NCBI GenBank assembly: GCA_016281015.1
Contig: JAEEHS010000074.1
Location: 319 to 64,318 of the forward strand
Direction: 5' to 3'
Length of the DNA: 64,000 nt
Origin: Bacteroidales bacterium
Lineage (GTDB): Bacteria > Bacteroidota > Bacteroidia > Bacteroidales > UBA932
Shown: piece after piece, positions 1-10,734 of the stretch
How the letters are laid out: every line of letters begins with the position of its first letter
Numbering within the stretch: position 1 is the first letter of the stretch
The notes under the pieces: generated by a model
The model's input: only the letters and a program-made list of their open reading frames with translations
What the model was told of the DNA's origin: nothing
Database searches by the model: none
Position numbers and translations under genes: made by a program

Positions 1-903
1 AACTTCCAGGCGCGCTGCTCCGCGGGACTTGCCGTTATATTCAGCACCAATTCCAGCACCATAAGCGTAAAGACCCAGTGGGGCCAGCTGTACACCTCAG
101 TGGCCACCATGCCCATAGCTTATCGCGGCTACGACCTCTATATCAAGAACAAGAAGGGCGAATGGCAGTGGGCCGCAGCAGGCGCCACAAAGCCCGAGAA
201 GGGCGAGGATAACCTCGTGCTTATCAAGGACATGGCGCCCGGCGAGAAGGAGTGCATCCTGTATCTCCCCAACTACTGCGAAATCGTTTCCTGCAAGATC
301 GGCGTCGAGGTAGGTTCCCATATCAAGAAGCTCGACGGACAGTTCCGCAACAAGATAGTCTTCCACGGTTCGTCATACACCCACGGCATCAGCACCAGCC
401 GCCCTGCCATGAGCTACCCCATGCAGTTCATGCGCCATACCGGCATGCAGGTGCTCGGCTTCGGCATGAGCGGCAACTGCAAGATGCAGCCCTACTTCGC
501 CGCGGTGCTTGAGAACGTTGACGCCGACGCCTACGTGTTCGACTCCTTCTCGAACCCCGACTACAAGATGATCAAGGAGCGCCTGCAGCCGTTCATCGAC
601 AGGCTTATCGCAGCGCATCCCGGCAAGCCGCTCATTTTCCAGCAGACCATCTACCGCGAGAGCCGGAATTTCGACCACGGCAGCGATGATTTCGAGGCCG
701 CCAAGCAGCACATGGCCGATTCCCTGATGAAAATCGCCGTCAAAAAATACAAGGACGTCTATTTCATCCAGACGAATCCCGATGACGGTCTCCACGAATG
801 GTCCGTAGACGGAACGCACCCAGATGACTACGGTTATAGCCTCTGGGAGCGTTCCATCGAAAAATCCCTGCTCCGGATTCTCCGGAAATATGGAATCAAG
901 TAA
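1..903 (+). CDS. SGNH/GDSL hydrolase with GxDLY N-terminal domain (5'-truncated by window edge)
   Basis: Frame is open from base 1 (NFQARCSAGLAVIFSTNS...). Contains GYDLY, block I FHGSSYTHG, block II GMSGN and block V DGTHP. Confidence 0.85.
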   Translation, partial: NFQARCSAGLAVIFSTNSSTISVKTQWGQLYTSVATMPIAYRGYDLYIKNKKGEWQWAAAGATKPEKGEDNLVLIKDMAPGEKECILYLPNYCEIVSCKIGVEVGSHIKKLDGQFRNKIVFHGSSYTHGISTSRPAMSYPMQFMRHTGMQVLGFGMSGNCKMQPYFAAVLENVDADAYVFDSFSNPDYKMIKERLQPFIDRLIAAHPGKPLIFQQTIYRESRNFDHGSDDFEAAKQHMADSLMKIAVKKYKDVYFIQTNPDDGLHEWSVDGTHPDDYGYSLWERSIEKSLLRILRKYGIK

Positions 904-1710
904 CTATTCGACCACCGGGACAACGGGGACGACGATGGTCGTATCTTTGACAGCTTCGACCGCCTCGTTCGTTTCCTTGACCACCTGCTGGACGGTTTCA
1001 GCGGACTGATCCACCTTTTCGGCAGCCAACTCGGCCTTGGCCTGGGCGGCCTCTGCCTTCTTGGCAGCCTCTTCGGCTTCCTTCTGGGCTTTGATCAGCG
1101 CTTCCTGCTGGGCAGCGATGTTCTCCTGGGCTTTCACTTCTTTCTGGGCGGCCTTGACTTCCTTCTGGGCAGCCTTCACCTCTTTCTTGGCGGCAGCAGC
1201 CTCCTTCTTGGCAGCGGAAATCTGCTTCTGACCATCCTGGACGGCCTTCTTGCTCTCCCCTACCTTGGCAGCGGCTTCCTTGTAGTCCTTCTGGGCGATC
1301 TTGTATTCTGCCTGCAGCTGCTTGATTTCCTCTTCGGCCTTCTTGATTTCCATCTTGTCGTTGGCATCGAGTTTCCCGTCGTCAATCTTGCGGGCCTTCT
1401 TTTCGAGTTTCAGGGTTTCCTGCTTGGCCTTGATGACATTCTGGCGGGCCTTGAGGGCATCATTCATCACGGAAAGATTCTTCTTTCCCTGCTCATACTG
1501 GATCTTGGAAAGCTCCACCTGCTTGGACAGCAGGTCAATCTGCTGCTGGCTTTCCTTGGCCGTCTGGTCGCTCTTGCGCTGGGCGTCGGCGAGCTCTTTC
1601 TGCTTTTCCTGGACCTGCTTTTCAGCAGCCTTGATGGCTTCCTTGTTGGTCTGGGCCATGGCCGGGACCACGAGAAGAGCCGCGAGGGCGAGAACAAAAA
1701 TCTTTTTCAT
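904..1710 (-). CDS. Secreted long coiled-coil protein (Lys/Ala/Glu/Gln-rich)
   Basis: Start moved to MKKIFVLALAALLVVPAMAQ (Sec signal peptide). Heptad repeats KEVKAAQ. Has its own TACTTTTG promoter box. Confidence 0.8.
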   Translation of the reverse strand: MKKIFVLALAALLVVPAMAQTNKEAIKAAEKQVQEKQKELADAQRKSDQTAKESQQQIDLLSKQVELSKIQYEQGKKNLSVMNDALKARQNVIKAKQETLKLEKKARKIDDGKLDANDKMEIKKAEEEIKQLQAEYKIAQKDYKEAAAKVGESKKAVQDGQKQISAAKKEAAAAKKEVKAAQKEVKAAQKEVKAQENIAAQQEALIKAQKEAEEAAKKAEAAQAKAELAAEKVDQSAETVQQVVKETNEAVEAVKDTTIVVPVVPVVE

Positions 1711-1745
1711 ATCAGTGTGTTTTAAAATTTGTCCATTACAACGCA

Positions 1746-1753
1746 CAAAAGTA
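1746..1753 (-). promoter_or_regulatory. Bacteroidetes -7 promoter box (TACTTTTG) for the coiled-coil gene
   Basis: Matches TAnnTTTG, ~36 nt upstream of the ATG at 1710. Confidence 0.55.
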
Positions 1754-1764
1754 AGGATTTTTCA

Positions 1765-4700
1765 TCAGAAAACAAACATGACACCGATGGTTGCCTCCGG
1801 CTCGGCAAACCAGCGGCGCGTTCCTTCATACAGGCGCTGCCGTCCACCCCAGCCGCCGAGGCCGAAGTCCAGATTCAGCCAGGGACAGAGGATGAGCGAA
1901 TAGCCTCCGCTGACTCCGATGCCATAGGCTTCTCCGATGCCGGATGACTTCACGGGGATGCCACTTCGCTTGAATCCTTCCACACGCGCACTCCCCTTCA
2001 GCCACCAGCCCGAATAGATGTACCAGGGCCACCAGCGTGCTCCGAGGGAGAAACTCTGTGCCTTGTCGTAGAGATTCTCTTTCGGCATCCAGGGATTCAG
2101 GCGGAAGGCTCCTTCCAGGCTCCAGTGCCGGGCGATGCCGTATTGGATGGAGGCAGAGCCCGTTCCGAAATCCACCAGGTCTGCCAGGTTGACGGACACG
2201 GCCCAGTTGCGCTTGTCCCGCGCCTTGGATTCCTCTTTCTCGATGGACTCGAAACCACGCTCGCCCAGATGGTAGCGGAGCCCGGCGAAGGCGGACACGA
2301 GATACGGTTTCCCCAGGGAGATATCTCCTTTGAGGTAGGTTCCCCGCACATCGCCCGTCAAGTCCATCCGGGAAGACAGGCGCACTGCGCCCAGAAGACC
2401 GGCACCGGCGGCGAAGTCCCTCTCATGCAGTCCCTTCCGGTCCAGGTTCGCCTCATTGAGAATGCCCATGTGGACATAAGGAATGACGGAAAGCAGGCGA
2501 TCCGCCTTGTAGCCGAATACACTGTTGGTGAAGTCCCATAGGAAGTCTCCATGGATATAATGCAGGCCATAGGCCGGTCCCTGGGTCCCGCGGATGCGAA
2601 GCCCCTGCCAGCCTCCCCGCGCACCCAGTTCGGGTGAGAACCATTTGCCGAGCGACAGGTCGGTGGCCAGTTGGAAACGGCCGGCATACTGGGCTCCGCC
2701 CGAGAGGCCCAGGAACCAGTGGTCCAGGATAGAGCCGGCTTCAACCCGGGGACGCTCTCTGGCAGACGGATCGAAACTGTATTGCAGGCCCAGAAGGAGG
2801 CTGCCTGCTCCGCCGATTCCAATATGTTTGTCCACACTGGCAGCGCGGGTCAGGAGGGTTCCCCGCAGATCCGCCGTCACGGCGACATTCTCATGGACAT
2901 GGAAAAGATTCAGAAGGCCCGCACCGGAAGCGAATTCCCTCTCCAGCCTCTTCCGCGGCGCAACGGCGGTATCCCACTCATACAACACCCCGAAATGCAT
3001 ATAGGGAACAGCCTCCCAGAAATGCTTTTTCAAAGAGGTCACGCTGCGCGAAAAGTTCCACAGAAGGTCCGCATGGAGATAGCTGTAACCCTCTGACTGT
3101 CCATTCATTCCAAGAGAAATGCCTTGATAGCCGGCACGGAACCCAAAGTCCGGAGAGGCCCATTTTCCGATGGCGACTTCCCCACCTCCGGTCGGAGCCC
3201 CAAGCAGACGGATTCCTTTTCTACCCGGGTCCACTCCCAGGTTGGCCCCCGCTGCAACGCTCACGAACCAGTTGTCCGCAAAAGCGCCGAGTCCAAGGCC
3301 GCTGTGAGAGATTCTGCGGAGGGAGACAGCCTCCGTTTCGACGCCCCATACTTCCCAGCCACGCTGTCCCAGATCCAAGGATAGGCCGCCGAGCAGGGAC
3401 AGCGCCAGGACACGTCCCTGGATCGATGGACCCGCTGCACCGGAGGGCAAAAGGGCGCCACGGGCATCCAGAATCAGGTTCAGCCCCTCCGCGAGACGAT
3501 AAGATCCCAGTAGACCCGCACCCGCGGCATAGGTCCGGTCCACAACCGTGCCTCCCCCGGTCTCTGTCTCCCGCAGATAACCCATATGGAGATAGGGTGC
3601 GAAGTCCCATCTGCGTTCGCGGGTGTAAGGAATCCAGGTATTGAGCACGTTCCAGACGACGTCACCGTGGAGATAGCCAAAGTCCCTGCGCTCCCCGGAG
3701 GAGAGCTGCCAGGACAGTCCCTGCCAGCCCAGGCGAAGGCCAAACTGCGGGGAGAGCCACTTGCCCAGTGCGAGGTCCACCGCCGGTGAAACACGGCCGT
3801 CAAAGCCTTTCAGGGACCCGATGCTGTTGATTCCGCCCAGTATGCTCAGCCACCAGTTCCGCTCGATTCCGTTCATCAGGACATCCCCCTTTCGCGCCGA
3901 CGAGAGCGGATCCCAGCCATATTTCCCGAGCGCGTACTGTACACCGAGCTGAGCGGAGAGTCCCAGCGGGTGGCTGTCGCTGCGGTCCAATCCGGAAGCG
4001 GCGGTCATCACGGTTCCGCGAAGATCCAGCAGCACGCCGAGCCGGTTGGTCAGCCACATCGAGGCAAGCAGCCCGGCACCGGCTGCGTATTCATGTTCAT
4101 ACAGACCGTTTTTCCCGAATTCCGAAAGGACGCCGAAATGCAGGTAGGGATACAGGTCAAACGAGCGGAAGGGATCGTAGCCATACAAGGTATTGCCCAG
4201 GTTCCATAGCACGTCACCATGGGCATAGAGCATACCGGCGCTCTCCCGATAAGAGCGCGAACCATGCCACTGGCCTTCTTCCGAACGGACGGCGGCCTTG
4301 GGAGACGTCCCCCACGCCGACAGCGAAACGCCCCCGAGGCCGAGGCGGACGGCAGCATAGGGCGAGAGGAAACGGCCGACACCTCCGTCCAGCGCCGGGG
4401 TAAAACGCCCGTTGAAACGGAGTTTCCGATGGAGCGACCAATACGTATTCACGCCGACCCCACCCCAGACAAACCAGTTATCCAGGAAACGGTCAGCCAG
4501 GTAACGCTCCTGTTCAGCCGGAAGGATGGGTACGGGACGTTTCCAGCCGCTTCTGTTGAGGTCCAGCGTCAAGCCGCCCAGTGCGGCAAGTCCAACGGAA
4601 TGGGTCTTTCCGCGGGAAGCGGCGGCTGTCAGGAGCTGTGCCCGAAGGTCCACGAACAGGCTGACCGGACCCCCGAAGCGGATTTGGTTCAGGAGTCCTC

Positions 4701-5700
4701 CGCCGGCGGCGTATTCCCGCTCCAGGGTCTTCCGGGTGGACGGGTCGTATTCCCAGATGAGGCCGTAATGGGCATAGGGTACAAAGGACCAGAACCGGTC
4801 CAGATCATAGGGATGGACGGTATGGCTGAGATTCCAGAGAAGGTCCAGATGGGGATAGAAAAAGCCGAAATTTGACATCCCCACACGGCCATAGCGAAGC
4901 CCCTGTACGCCGGCGCGCAGGCCCACCGCGGGCGTCAGCCATTTCCCGGCACTCAGCTCCGCAGCCGGAGCGAAGCGGCCGTCCAGGCGGAAATCCTGGA
5001 AATCCACCGTGTTCAGCAGCGTCACCCCCAGGCCGGCCGACAGGAACCAATCCTGGAAGAAGCCGCCCTGGGTCACTTCGGATCCGGATGAACGGTGCCA
5101 GAGGCGCTCGTTGAAGTCATAGCGGGCGCCGAGGGTCAGCGCATTTGCCGTGGCGATTCCCAGTCCCTGCGTCGCCTTGCCGTTAAGAAGCGTCATGCGT
5201 CCGTCTGCCGTCAGCGACCAGGCCCCCCCGCCCAGACGGAGCGTCCCCATGATTCCGGCACCCGCACCGAATTCCCGCTCCAGCAGCTGGCCGCCCCTGC
5301 GCTCCAGGACCAGTCCGAAATGGCCGTAAGGCAGGATGGACCAGTTCCGGTCCCTCCGGTAGGAGGAAAACAGATTCACAGGATCCAGGAGCAGGTCGTT
5401 ATGGAGATAGAAATAATTGAATTTCTCCGTGTTGAAATGGCCCATGGGACCGGCCTGAAGACCGACCCGGGCCCCGAACTCCGGCGTAAACCACTTGCCG
5501 CCATAGACTTCGAAGGAAGGCGAAACGACCCCTCCGTCCAGCAGCCATTCGCGGCGGTTGATATCCAGGAAGCCCTGTATTCCGGCCCCCGCGCCGACAA
5601 ACCACCCGTCTGAAGGGCGATTCACAGCCAGGGAATCTCTCCCCCGGGCCTGGGCCGTCAGGGAAAGACACAAAAGGAAAATGGAAAGATATCTATTCAT
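1765..5700 (-). CDS. Multi-barrel outer-membrane protein: six OmpA-like 8-stranded barrel repeats plus C-terminal DUF3575-like barrel
   Basis: Signal peptide, then six ~170-205 aa repeats (xWF..G, GKWxxP, YxHxD, PYxHxG, ExE(F/Y)AAG, DxR). C-terminal domain reads NWAVSVNL..NPW..RWWPW..GYSLIL..NLDFGLG. Ends in Phe (BAM signal). Confidence 0.85.
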   Translation of the reverse strand: MNRYLSIFLLCLSLTAQARGRDSLAVNRPSDGWFVGAGAGIQGFLDINRREWLLDGGVVSPSFEVYGGKWFTPEFGARVGLQAGPMGHFNTEKFNYFYLHNDLLLDPVNLFSSYRRDRNWSILPYGHFGLVLERRGGQLLEREFGAGAGIMGTLRLGGGAWSLTADGRMTLLNGKATQGLGIATANALTLGARYDFNERLWHRSSGSEVTQGGFFQDWFLSAGLGVTLLNTVDFQDFRLDGRFAPAAELSAGKWLTPAVGLRAGVQGLRYGRVGMSNFGFFYPHLDLLWNLSHTVHPYDLDRFWSFVPYAHYGLIWEYDPSTRKTLEREYAAGGGLLNQIRFGGPVSLFVDLRAQLLTAAASRGKTHSVGLAALGGLTLDLNRSGWKRPVPILPAEQERYLADRFLDNWFVWGGVGVNTYWSLHRKLRFNGRFTPALDGGVGRFLSPYAAVRLGLGGVSLSAWGTSPKAAVRSEEGQWHGSRSYRESAGMLYAHGDVLWNLGNTLYGYDPFRSFDLYPYLHFGVLSEFGKNGLYEHEYAAGAGLLASMWLTNRLGVLLDLRGTVMTAASGLDRSDSHPLGLSAQLGVQYALGKYGWDPLSSARKGDVLMNGIERNWWLSILGGINSIGSLKGFDGRVSPAVDLALGKWLSPQFGLRLGWQGLSWQLSSGERRDFGYLHGDVVWNVLNTWIPYTRERRWDFAPYLHMGYLRETETGGGTVVDRTYAAGAGLLGSYRLAEGLNLILDARGALLPSGAAGPSIQGRVLALSLLGGLSLDLGQRGWEVWGVETEAVSLRRISHSGLGLGAFADNWFVSVAAGANLGVDPGRKGIRLLGAPTGGGEVAIGKWASPDFGFRAGYQGISLGMNGQSEGYSYLHADLLWNFSRSVTSLKKHFWEAVPYMHFGVLYEWDTAVAPRKRLEREFASGAGLLNLFHVHENVAVTADLRGTLLTRAASVDKHIGIGGAGSLLLGLQYSFDPSARERPRVEAGSILDHWFLGLSGGAQYAGRFQLATDLSLGKWFSPELGARGGWQGLRIRGTQGPAYGLHYIHGDFLWDFTNSVFGYKADRLLSVIPYVHMGILNEANLDRKGLHERDFAAGAGLLGAVRLSSRMDLTGDVRGTYLKGDISLGKPYLVSAFAGLRYHLGERGFESIEKEESKARDKRNWAVSVNLADLVDFGTGSASIQYGIARHWSLEGAFRLNPWMPKENLYDKAQSFSLGARWWPWYIYSGWWLKGSARVEGFKRSGIPVKSSGIGEAYGIGVSGGYSLILCPWLNLDFGLGGWGGRQRLYEGTRRWFAEPEATIGVMFVF

Positions 5701-7657
5701 GACTTCCGTCCTCCTGCCGGTTCAGTCCATAGGTTTTGATCAAAACAGAAATCTCCGGATCCAGATTTCCCCTCGGAATATAGGATGGATCCTGCCGGCA
5801 GGCTTCCAGGTACGAGTCCACGGCCTGCTGGAAGTCCCCCTGGCGCGAGTGAAGAATCGCCATCAAGTAGAGAACCTGCGGGGAAGGCGCCTCTTTTTTC
5901 AGGATTTCCATGGCATTGTAATTTCTGTCCATGGCCAGGTAAGCCACTGCGGCATTGTAATCCTTGTAGGGGCCCAGGACCTCGACGGCCTTTTCGAAAT
6001 CCCGGTCTTTCAGCGCCTGGAGACCGTCCATATAGACATCGTCGATGACCGTGGTCTGGACCGTATCCTTGACCATTCCCTTCCGGTGGAGATGGAAATC
6101 GAAGACGACAGTCCGCAGCAGCGGATACAGGCTGTCGTGCATAACCGGATAGAAAGACTCCCGGTGCATCAGCCAGTCCCGGCGGTCAGGGTCCTTGATC
6201 TGGCGGTACTTCCGATAGGATTCGCGCTCGGACGCGGAGAAATGGACACCGCTTTCCATCATTTCGTCCAGGGCCTCCCAGTTCTCTGCGTTGGAGCGGG
6301 AGATGAAGCGGATGCGTTCCACCGTCTCCGTGCGGACACGGCCGGTGGTATCCACGGCAAAACCCCTCTCGCTCCTGATGGAATCCCGGACCGAGGACAT
6401 GAAGCGGCCGAAATAGGAGGAGACGCTCCCCGCCCTGCGCTCACTCAGCTGCGCATTCTTTCGATACAGGCCGTCCGGAGAACTGTTGGCCGTGACCACA
6501 ATGCTGTCCAGGTCATAGACTTCATTGGAGAGCAGGTGCCGCAGATTCTGTTTGATGCTGCGGATTTCCTCTTCGTTATGCCCCAGATCCTCCCGGATTT
6601 CCGCTTTGCCCACCGGGAAGAGAATCAGCGAGGACATATTGGCTTCCGCCCTGCGGTACACGACCTTCGTCTTGTAACGGACTACGTCGCGGACAAAGCC
6701 CGACAGGGTGCTGATATAGAAAGTCAACGTATCTGTCGAGGGAATCTCGTAAAGGCGCTTTCCCTGCCGCCGGATATCTCCGGACACGACCACATCCACC
6801 TTTCTCAGCTGGGGCCGCGTCTTGACCGTCTGCAAGTAATTGTAGACAAAATCGCCGTCTGATGCCTGCCAGACGGTATCCAGCCGGATCCCCTCGGAAA
6901 GAATCGGCGCCTTCACCAGCCGATGGAACTCCGCCTGTGCCCCACTGGCCTTTCGCTCGTTGCGACGGCGGAGACAGTGATTCGTGTAATGCTCCACGGC
7001 CTCGTCGAAGGTCACCCCGTAGAAAGCACGGAAGCTGCCGTCGTCCACATAGGAAGAGTCGTTGCGGTAGGCATAAAGCTCCGGAATATTCCGCTCGATA
7101 TACCGTTCCAGCAGGCCGCGGTTGACAAAGACGGACGTATCCGTGATGATACGGTTGATATAATCATTGTATCGCTCATAGCCCTTTTTCTGCGCAGCGC
7201 GGTGAGCGCGACCGCTGATGACGATGGGTTCGAGGGAGAGCGAATCCCCCAGCAGGAACATATCCGGATGGAGGGTCATCTCCCAGTTTTCGTCCAGCAT
7301 GAGGGAAGGAACCTTGATCTGGAATTCCAGGTCTACCTTGCCGTTTCGCTCGGCCTTGTTCCGGAAACGCGCCGTCACGATGGCGGCTTCGAGGACATCG
7401 GTCGCGACCATCTCGCCGGTCGTCGTATCCTTAACGGCCCTCAGCAGAATCTGGTTCCTTCCGTCTTCTCCTTTCACATACAGGGTATCGGCAGGGCGGA
7501 ATACCTCCCCGCTCACATTGTCCGGCAGATAGTCGGCCTCACGGGGCAGCTGGATTTCCACCTTCTCCTCCTGGAGCCGGGCCAATTTCTTTTGTGAAGA
7601 ACATGCCGTCATGACCAGCAGCACAGCGGCGGCTGTCATCCATGGTCTTAAAGTCAT
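5693..7657 (-). CDS. Lipoprotein with DUF3868-like N-terminus, OmpA_C-like peptidoglycan-binding domain and C-terminal TPR
   Basis: Lipobox LVMTAC. OmpA_C-like segment FPVGKAEI..SSPDG..NAQLSERRAGSV. TPR-like LYLMAILHSRQGDFQQAVDSYLEA. Overlaps the barrel gene start by 8 nt. Confidence 0.75.
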   Translation of the reverse strand: MTLRPWMTAAAVLLVMTACSSQKKLARLQEEKVEIQLPREADYLPDNVSGEVFRPADTLYVKGEDGRNQILLRAVKDTTTGEMVATDVLEAAIVTARFRNKAERNGKVDLEFQIKVPSLMLDENWEMTLHPDMFLLGDSLSLEPIVISGRAHRAAQKKGYERYNDYINRIITDTSVFVNRGLLERYIERNIPELYAYRNDSSYVDDGSFRAFYGVTFDEAVEHYTNHCLRRRNERKASGAQAEFHRLVKAPILSEGIRLDTVWQASDGDFVYNYLQTVKTRPQLRKVDVVVSGDIRRQGKRLYEIPSTDTLTFYISTLSGFVRDVVRYKTKVVYRRAEANMSSLILFPVGKAEIREDLGHNEEEIRSIKQNLRHLLSNEVYDLDSIVVTANSSPDGLYRKNAQLSERRAGSVSSYFGRFMSSVRDSIRSERGFAVDTTGRVRTETVERIRFISRSNAENWEALDEMMESGVHFSASERESYRKYRQIKDPDRRDWLMHRESFYPVMHDSLYPLLRTVVFDFHLHRKGMVKDTVQTTVIDDVYMDGLQALKDRDFEKAVEVLGPYKDYNAAVAYLAMDRNYNAMEILKKEAPSPQVLYLMAILHSRQGDFQQAVDSYLEACRQDPSYIPRGNLDPEISVLIKTYGLNRQEDGSHE

Positions 7658-7677
7658 TTTTCAGGTATTATAACCTA

Positions 7678-7685
7678 CAAAAATA
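7678..7685 (-). promoter_or_regulatory. -7 promoter box (TATTTTTG) for the lipoprotein/multi-barrel operon
   Basis: TAnnTTTG match ~20 nt upstream of the ATG at 7657. Confidence 0.55.
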
Positions 7686-7686
7686 C

Positions 7687-7721
7687 AAAGAAAAACCCGC
7701 TCCGAGTAACGCGAAGCGGGT
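7687..7721 (-). terminator. Intrinsic terminator of dnaK
   Basis: Stem ACCCGCTTCG/CGGAGCGGGT followed by TTTTCTTT on the minus strand. Confidence 0.75.
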
Positions 7722-7745
7722 AATTTATGAACAGGCAGCTGTTGA

Positions 7746-9650
<1,905 letters not shown>

Positions 9651-9712
9651 AGTATTCTGTTTTTATTTGTTTGCGTTTCATTGCCGCCCACCCTGGACGG
9701 CGACCCCAAAAT

Positions 9713-9728
9713 ATCGAACTTCGTGCCA
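9713..9728 (-). promoter_or_regulatory. Candidate sigma-54 (-24/-12) promoter of dnaK
   Basis: TGGCACGAAGTTCGAT resembles TGGCAC-N4-TTTGC. TGACA-N3-TGGCAG and a second CTGACA lie just upstream. Confidence 0.45.
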
Positions 9729-9764
9729 CCGCCTCCCGCCTGCCAAATTGTCAGAAACGCTGTC

Positions 9765-9807
9765 AGACAAAGATGGCCGTCTGCAACCTCACAAGCAGAC
9801 GGCCATC
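9765..9807 (-). terminator. Strong hairpin/terminator at the end of the EPS locus
   Basis: Perfect 13-bp inverted repeat GATGGCCGTCTGC (9772-9784)/GCAGACGGCCATC (9795-9807), followed by TTTGTCT on the minus strand. Confidence 0.7.
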
Positions 9808-9871
9808 CCCAACAATTTATAAGGATACTGTGTTTTTTCGTTGGCAAAGGTACGGCGGTTTTTCCCTCTTG

Positions 9872-10729
9872 TCAATCCCAATTTGTGGGGATAATAGAAG
9901 GAACGGCCTCCCAATCAACGGTCTCTGCTGCCGTATGGATATCCGTAAAAGAAAAATCTGACAGATAGCGGCGGAGTTTCGACTCAGCCGAAGCAAGGCC
10001 ATAATAGGATTTAAAGCGCCTGATGGGCGGAAGCCCTTGCAAGACAGGCTGGCCCTTATCCAGGTCTCTGGGATGGATATAGGCCAGATTATAAGAGGAG
10101 CCATCCGTCCATTTCCGAATGAGAGAATAGGGAAATAAGCGGAAATACCCGCCGCCGGAAAACACGAAAGGATGACCAGCCAACGTCCGGCAAGGCATGG
10201 GAAACTCCTTGATGTCCGAAGTCCGGGTCGCGATTCGGACCGGACCGTCAGCAGGGAAACCCGGCCACCCCCCATGGGATGCCCGTGCCGGAAAGATGGA
10301 ACTATCATAACGGATTCCCACGTCGACAAGCGTTTCAAACACCCACGCCTCTGAGGGCCTGATGGAAAAACCCGGCGCACGGAATACTTCGCAACGCTTC
10401 CCGCTGATATCCTCCAGGCGATGGATGGAATCCACCAGATCCCGCTTGAACTCCTCCGGTTTCTGCTGCCACACCAGCTGGTGGTTTTCTGTATGGGTCC
10501 CGAGCCTGTATTTTTCCGCGATTTTCCGGACCAGATCAGGATACTGTCTTGCGATCCAGCCAATGACAAAGAATGTCGCCTTGGTGCCCGAATCCTCCAA
10601 AAGGGTAAGGATTCGTTCCGTGTTCTCATAAATACGGACTTCGTACCGGCTCCACTGCTCTTCGCCGCGCGTCGCATCAAAGTCCAGCAGATGGAACCAC
10701 TCTTCCAAATCGATGGTCAGAACATGCAT
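9872..10729 (-). CDS. Polysaccharide deacetylase (CE4/NodB, DUF3473-type)
   Basis: LTIDLEEWF, ATFFVIGW, GTHTENH, FRAPGFS, GGGYFRL and YIHPRD motifs. Start moved to MHVLTID. Confidence 0.9.
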   Translation of the reverse strand: MHVLTIDLEEWFHLLDFDATRGEEQWSRYEVRIYENTERILTLLEDSGTKATFFVIGWIARQYPDLVRKIAEKYRLGTHTENHQLVWQQKPEEFKRDLVDSIHRLEDISGKRCEVFRAPGFSIRPSEAWVFETLVDVGIRYDSSIFPARASHGGWPGFPADGPVRIATRTSDIKEFPMPCRTLAGHPFVFSGGGYFRLFPYSLIRKWTDGSSYNLAYIHPRDLDKGQPVLQGLPPIRRFKSYYGLASAESKLRRYLSDFSFTDIHTAAETVDWEAVPSIIPTNWD

Positions 10730-10734
10730 GGCGC

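Noticed and set aside
5558-6862. 434-aa plus-strand ORF, and similar ORFs at 28105-29238, 33575-34642 and 38428-39924
   Set aside because: They overlap well-supported genes on the opposite strand and have shadow-like composition.
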